NCBI GenBank assembly: GCA_038891615.1
Contig: JAWADY010000002.1
Coordinates: 64,994-128,993, forward strand
Source: Candidatus Woesearchaeota archaeon
GTDB taxonomy: Archaea > Nanobdellota > Nanobdellia > Woesearchaeales > ARS49
Reading direction: 5' to 3'
Length of the DNA: 64,000 nt
Shown here: piece after piece, positions 60,113 to 64,000 of the stretch
How the letters are laid out: every line of letters starts with the position of its first letter
How positions within the stretch are numbered: position 1 is the first letter of the stretch
Notes under the pieces: generated by a model
Database searches by the model: none
Seen by the model: only the letters and a program-made list of their open reading frames with translations
What the model was told of the DNA's origin: nothing
Position numbers and translations under genes: made by a program

Positions 60113-61969
60113 TCAAGATGAGCTGCCAAGCATTCTTTTCAAAAGCTCTGCAATCTTTTGGCCAGGTGCCTTTCCTCGAAGCTTTGACATAGCAATGCCC
60201 ATTACAGCATTGAAACCAAGTCCTGCCTTTTCAGCAACAAGCGCCTTTAGTTCCTTTTCCAATTCCTTTTCAGAAAGCTGCCTAAACTGGCCAAGCACTT
60301 CTTTAACAGGCTTTGCGGTTGCAAGGATTGGCAAAATGGCTTCTTTTGAAATCTCGCCCTTCTCAAGCGCAGAGAAAATGCTTTCAAAATCCTCTTCGCT
60401 AAGCCAAATCTCAAGATTGAACTCTGCTTTAACCTTCTTTTCAACCGTCATGAGCAGCTCAGCTATGTATGCTGGCTTGAGGGTTTTGAACTTATTAACA
60501 AACCTTTCAAAAATGTCTATACGGTCACTTTTTGCAACTAACTCAGCAAGGTCTTTTGAAAGTCCGAGCTTTCTATACCTTGCAATCTTTTGTTCAATGA
60601 GCTCCGGAAGGGCTATGCCGGAAAGCATCTCTTTTGTAATTGTGATAGGAGGAATGTCTGTTTCTGGATACATTCGCGCAGCCCCTGGCATAGGTCTAAG
60701 GTAGCTTGTGCTTCCATCAGCATTTGCTTTTCTAACTTCTTTCGGAACCCCTTCAAAAGCCTCAAGCGCACGTTGTCTTACAGCCTCCAGCGCAGAGAAC
60801 GCCTGTTGCCTATGACCTGCTACGACAATCACAAAGCCATCTCCTTTCCCGCATCCAAGAGCTTTTGCAACCTTTGCCTTTTCCTCACTGCTTATACCAT
60901 ATCCAGGCAATTCGTCCGAATGCAGTATTCCTCCAACCCCTGCTGCAACAGCAGCCCTTTCTGAAAGTTCTGTTCCAAAACGCCTGCCAGGTTGAAGCTC
61001 CTTGCCAAAAATTCCTTCAAACAATGGCAACTTAAGTGCAAAAGCGCTTCCATTGCTTTGAATTGTTGACTGAATGAGCTTTGATTTTGTGCCTTCCAAC
61101 AATGCTCTGACATCGACAGGTACGACCTTTTTGATTGCCTCTGCCTTTGCGCCCCTTAACTTAAGTTCATCCTTAATAGCAAGCAGACCAAGTTGGCGTC
61201 TTACTTCGTTCTCAACAAGCACAGGTATCATCCCAAGTTCCTGGCATCCTTTTATCTCTATTCTCTCACCACCAGTTATGGAAACATTTACATCCTGCCT
61301 TATTGTCCCAATCCCGCGCTTTACACTTCCTGTGCTCCTAAGTAGCAGCCCTAGTTTCTCAGCAGCCTCTTTTGCCTGTTCTGGACTTTTTATGTCAGCT
61401 GCGGTTCCTATCTCAATCAAAGGGATGCCGAGCCTGTCAAGCCTATAAATGATATGCTTGTGACCTCTTTCCTCTTTTATTATCCTCGCAGAATCCTCTT
61501 CTAAGCAAATTGTTTTTATTCCAATCCTTCCTTGGCTTGTTTCAATCTCGCCATCGAGTCCAACAAGAGCTGTTCTTTGGAAGCCTGTCGTGTTTGAGCC
61601 GTCAATAACAATCTTTCTCATCACCCTAACTTGGTCAACAGGTCTTGCCTTTAAAAGAAGGCTTACTTGCAGTGCAGTTCTAAGAGCAGTTTCATTAAAG
61701 CTTTCCGGAGGGCTCTCATCAAGTTCAACCAGGCAACTGACATCTCTATGCACTTCGTAGATAAAGCTTAACCCTTTCATTTGCTCAGCAAGTGCCGCGA
61801 GGTCAACTTCTCCAACCTCTCCTGGCAGGGCCCTAAGCTTTCGCAAAATTGTGAAGTCAGGGCTGCTTTCTTTAATTATTGTAGGGCATTTACAAAACAG
61901 TTTTTTGCCTTCGAGCTGTTGATGGACCTCAAGCCCTACCCTAAGACCAAGCTTTGAATAGTCTGCCAT
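60113..61969 (-). CDS. gatE: Glu-tRNA(Gln) amidotransferase subunit E
   Basis: The N-terminus GLRVGLEVHQQLEGKKLFCKCP is characteristic. The 618-aa length and the GatB-like C-terminal YqeY-like tail also fit. Confidence 0.92.
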   Translation of the reverse strand: MADYSKLGLRVGLEVHQQLEGKKLFCKCPTIIKESSPDFTILRKLRALPGEVGEVDLAALAEQMKGLSFIYEVHRDVSCLVELDESPPESFNETALRTALQVSLLLKARPVDQVRVMRKIVIDGSNTTGFQRTALVGLDGEIETSQGRIGIKTICLEEDSARIIKEERGHKHIIYRLDRLGIPLIEIGTAADIKSPEQAKEAAEKLGLLLRSTGSVKRGIGTIRQDVNVSITGGERIEIKGCQELGMIPVLVENEVRRQLGLLAIKDELKLRGAKAEAIKKVVPVDVRALLEGTKSKLIQSTIQSNGSAFALKLPLFEGIFGKELQPGRRFGTELSERAAVAAGVGGILHSDELPGYGISSEEKAKVAKALGCGKGDGFVIVVAGHRQQAFSALEAVRQRALEAFEGVPKEVRKANADGSTSYLRPMPGAARMYPETDIPPITITKEMLSGIALPELIEQKIARYRKLGLSKDLAELVAKSDRIDIFERFVNKFKTLKPAYIAELLMTVEKKVKAEFNLEIWLSEEDFESIFSALEKGEISKEAILPILATAKPVKEVLGQFRQLSEKELEKELKALVAEKAGLGFNAVMGIAMSKLRGKAPGQKIAELLKRMLGSSS

Positions 61970-62085
61970 ATTAGCTAACCTTCAAACAGGGCGCTCATTC
62001 ACTTCTTGAAATTCCTTGGCTATAAAAAGCTGATGCCGCAAGCTTTTTAAGCACAGCATTTTTAGCTATTAAAAAGAGGGAAATA

Positions 62086-62475
62086 ATGGTTTTTATTTCG
62101 TCGTTTGGTGTGGCAGAGGCGCTTTGGCTAGCGTTTATGGCTCTTATTGGAACTCTGCTTCTTATGCTGACTGCAAAGGTGTTTAAGCTCAACGCGAGCT
62201 TTGAGCAGGCACTCCCTGTTTCTATTCTCTCATTTGCTATTGTTTGGGTTGCAGCACTTCTTTTTTCACAACTTGACTTACTTGGTGTTGTGCTAAGCTG
62301 GTTTACAAGTGTAGTAAGTAGCATATTACTGGTCAAGTGGAGATACAAGCTTGGCTTAGGCTGGTCTGCCGCAGTATGGCTTGTTTGGGCAATGCTAAGT
62401 TTTGTTGTTGGATTTGCGCTCGGACTTATAGCACCAATTTTCTTTCCAAAATCTTTCTTAGTGCAGCCACTTTAA
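62086..62475 (+). CDS. small membrane protein, 129 aa
   Basis: Four hydrophobic helices. No family recognised. Confidence 0.5.
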   Translation: MVFISSFGVAEALWLAFMALIGTLLLMLTAKVFKLNASFEQALPVSILSFAIVWVAALLFSQLDLLGVVLSWFTSVVSSILLVKWRYKLGLGWSAAVWLVWAMLSFVVGFALGLIAPIFFPKSFLVQPL

Positions 62476-62822
62476 TCCTTATTCCTGCTGATAAGAGCGA
62501 TGAGTGAAGCAACAATCGTTAGCCCCAGAATCGATTCAAGAAAAGTTTTCACAACTTCTGTACTGCCATATTTGCTGTACAATATATAAGCCGCTCCAAA
62601 CCCAACAAAAAGGGGTATTGGGAGGTATTTACGAGTCAGCTTCTCAAAATATCCTCTCTTCAATCTCGCCTTGTATTGCTGAAGCTTGATTTTCTCAGCA
62701 AGCTTTGGATTCTTTTCAAGAGCTTTTTTTATTGCTGCTTCCCACTCTTGACTCATTTCGTTTTTGGAAAAAAGCAACAAATATAAAATTTTTGTGGATG
62801 TTTTTTGTCTCAACGCTTCCAA
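62472..62822 (-). CDS. small membrane protein (start uncertain)
   Basis: Two C-terminal TMs. The internal Met at 62756 is an alternative start that avoids overlap with the upstream gene. Confidence 0.45.
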   Translation of the reverse strand: MEALRQKTSTKILYLLLFSKNEMSQEWEAAIKKALEKNPKLAEKIKLQQYKARLKRGYFEKLTRKYLPIPLFVGFGAAYILYSKYGSTEVVKTFLESILGLTIVASLIALISRNKD

Positions 62823-63043
62823 ACAACAGCTCCCCTTTTATGGACCTCCTTCACCCTGTGCAAAGGTATTTCAGCTTCTTTGCCTTCACGCTCAATCACA
62901 ACAAAATTTCCCTCAATGCGCTTGATTGAAGTATATGGAAGCTCAACAAGCCTGCCAAGGTCGATGAAGCAAAAAGAGTACTCCTCAGGCCTTTCCTTTG
63001 GGTCCCACTTGATTTTATTAAAAAGTTCTTTTATTGTTTTCAT
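62810..63043 (-). CDS. DUF504/MJ1316-domain protein (RNA cyclic-phosphate-end recognition domain family)
   Basis: This 77-aa protein has IKWDPKE...FVVIEREGKEAEIPLHRVKEVHKRGAVVWKR, which matches the recalled family pattern. Confidence 0.7.
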   Translation of the reverse strand: MKTIKELFNKIKWDPKERPEEYSFCFIDLGRLVELPYTSIKRIEGNFVVIEREGKEAEIPLHRVKEVHKRGAVVWKR

Positions 63044-63083
63044 GAGTGCTTATCTTAGCAAAATCACATAGGTGCAACGCTTT

Positions 63084-64000
63084 CTAATCTATTTTTTCAA
63101 GCCTTTCTGAGACTTCCCCAACAATGCTTTTTTGAAAAAGCTCTTCTATCATATCCTTTGGATAGTTTGAGAGCAACCATGCAAGCTTAACAAAAGCAGT
63201 CTCTGGGCTCATATCTGTGTGATTACCAATAACCCCGAGCTTCTGGAGTCTTCGTCCTGTTGAATAGACATCAAGGTCTATTCTACCATAAATTGTTTGA
63301 GAAGCCATTGCCACAACAGTACCAGAGCTCACAAGCCTTGAAATTGCCTCTGCAATCTTTGAGTGTTCTTTCGTTGCAACATCGCTCTCATTTATTGGTG
63401 CATGGCCAAGACCCGTGCCTTCAATGACAAGTCCATCATAGCCCTTGAAGGCAAGAAACTCCTCAGCAGACATGTTTGGATGAACTTTCAGCAGCCCAAC
63501 TTTTACAGCCTCGTTTATATATGTTAGCTTTGGTTCACGCTTTGACCTTCTCTCATAGTCTTCTCTCAAAAATTCAATTTTTCGTGATGAAAAATCTACC
63601 TTTGCCCACGGAATTGTTCCAATTGCCTTAAAGGCATCCCTTCTGCTTGAGTGCATCTTTCTACATTTAGTTGCTGGAAGCACAATACAACTTTTGTCTT
63701 CAATGCTTTCGTGCATGCAGACAACCACGCCTGCGAAATCCGCTCTTGCAGCAAAAAGGCAGGCAGAGAGAAGGTTTAGTGCTGCATCAGTAGATGGTCT
63801 ATCAGAGCTTCTTTGGCTGCCAACTAGAACAACAGGAATTGGTAAGTTCTGAAGCATGAATGAAAGCGCTGCAGAAGTGTAGTGCAGTGTGTCAGTGCCA
63901 TGGGTTATCACTATTCCCCGTGCACCAGCCTTTATTTCTTTTACAATTTCCTGAGCAAGAATGTTCCAGTGATGAAAACGCATGTCCTCTGAAAAGATGT
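63084..64000 (-). CDS. gatD: Glu-tRNA(Gln) amidotransferase subunit D (asparaginase-like), N-terminus beyond the window end
   Basis: The sequence ITHGTDTLHYTSAALSFML...VVLVGSQRSSDRPSTDA is the asparaginase/GatD motif. The frame stays open to nt 64000. Confidence 0.88.
   Translation of the reverse strand, partial: IFSEDMRFHHWNILAQEIVKEIKAGARGIVITHGTDTLHYTSAALSFMLQNLPIPVVLVGSQRSSDRPSTDAALNLLSACLFAARADFAGVVVCMHESIEDKSCIVLPATKCRKMHSSRRDAFKAIGTIPWAKVDFSSRKIEFLREDYERRSKREPKLTYINEAVKVGLLKVHPNMSAEEFLAFKGYDGLVIEGTGLGHAPINESDVATKEHSKIAEAISRLVSSGTVVAMASQTIYGRIDLDVYSTGRRLQKLGVIGNHTDMSPETAFVKLAWLLSNYPKDMIEELFQKSIVGEVSERLEKID

Noticed and set aside
38153-60113. Integrated element, integrase or att-site duplication next to the three tRNA genes
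   Set aside because: The flanking genes are housekeeping or pilus-machinery genes. No integrase or transposase ORF and no obvious duplicated tRNA 3' segment was seen.
60054-61448. Plus-strand ORFs of 216 and 124 aa
   Set aside because: They are antisense to gatE, which is unambiguous. They are shadow ORFs.

Overview
This 64-kb window is densely coding and comes from an archaeon. Archaeal markers include RadA and RadB, an RPA-like OB-fold protein, the RFC large subunit, MBF1, GatD/GatE, TruD, archaeal-type AspRS and GlyRS, two intron-containing tRNAs, TATA-box promoters and GAGGTG-type Shine-Dalgarno sites. The compactness (many 1-8 nt start/stop overlaps and three convergent gene-end overlaps) and the large surface-protein repertoire resemble small-genome DPANN-type archaea, but that lineage call is inference only. 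About two thirds of the window is housekeeping: seven aminoacyl-tRNA pathway genes, recombination and replication genes, Tmk, Adk, GTPases and three tRNAs. No CRISPR array, rRNA, transposase or integrase was seen. The main result is at 1-19.9 kb. An 1826-aa Cys-rich surface protein with thrombospondin-type-3-like Ca-binding repeats is translationally coupled to four genes with prepilin-like N-termini. A three-gene regulatory island follows (membrane Ser/Thr kinase with a beta-propeller ectodomain, AbrB-PhoU, Lrp). After it comes one 7.3-kb operon of 14 consecutive genes that all start with an archaeal class III signal-peptide-like N-terminus. These include three tandem 6-Cys mini-pilins and two ORFs of 37 and 44 aa that are missing from the supplied track. 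The only assembly machinery in the window is an enlarged FlaI/PilB-type ATPase with a FlaJ/PilC-type platform, about 18 kb away, next to a divergent pair of coiled-coil proteins. No prepilin peptidase is visible. Other items of interest are a six-gene operon of three paralogous membrane proteins plus three paralogous soluble proteins of unrecognised family, a tRNA-Arg(CCU) with a 31-nt intron in the D-loop, a tRNA-Thr(UGU) with a 12-nt canonical intron and an atypical T-loop, a processive GT2 synthase coupled to a membrane-anchored CPRC thioredoxin-fold protein, and a tandemly duplicated basic mini-protein. All family assignments come from motif recognition by eye; no database search was run.
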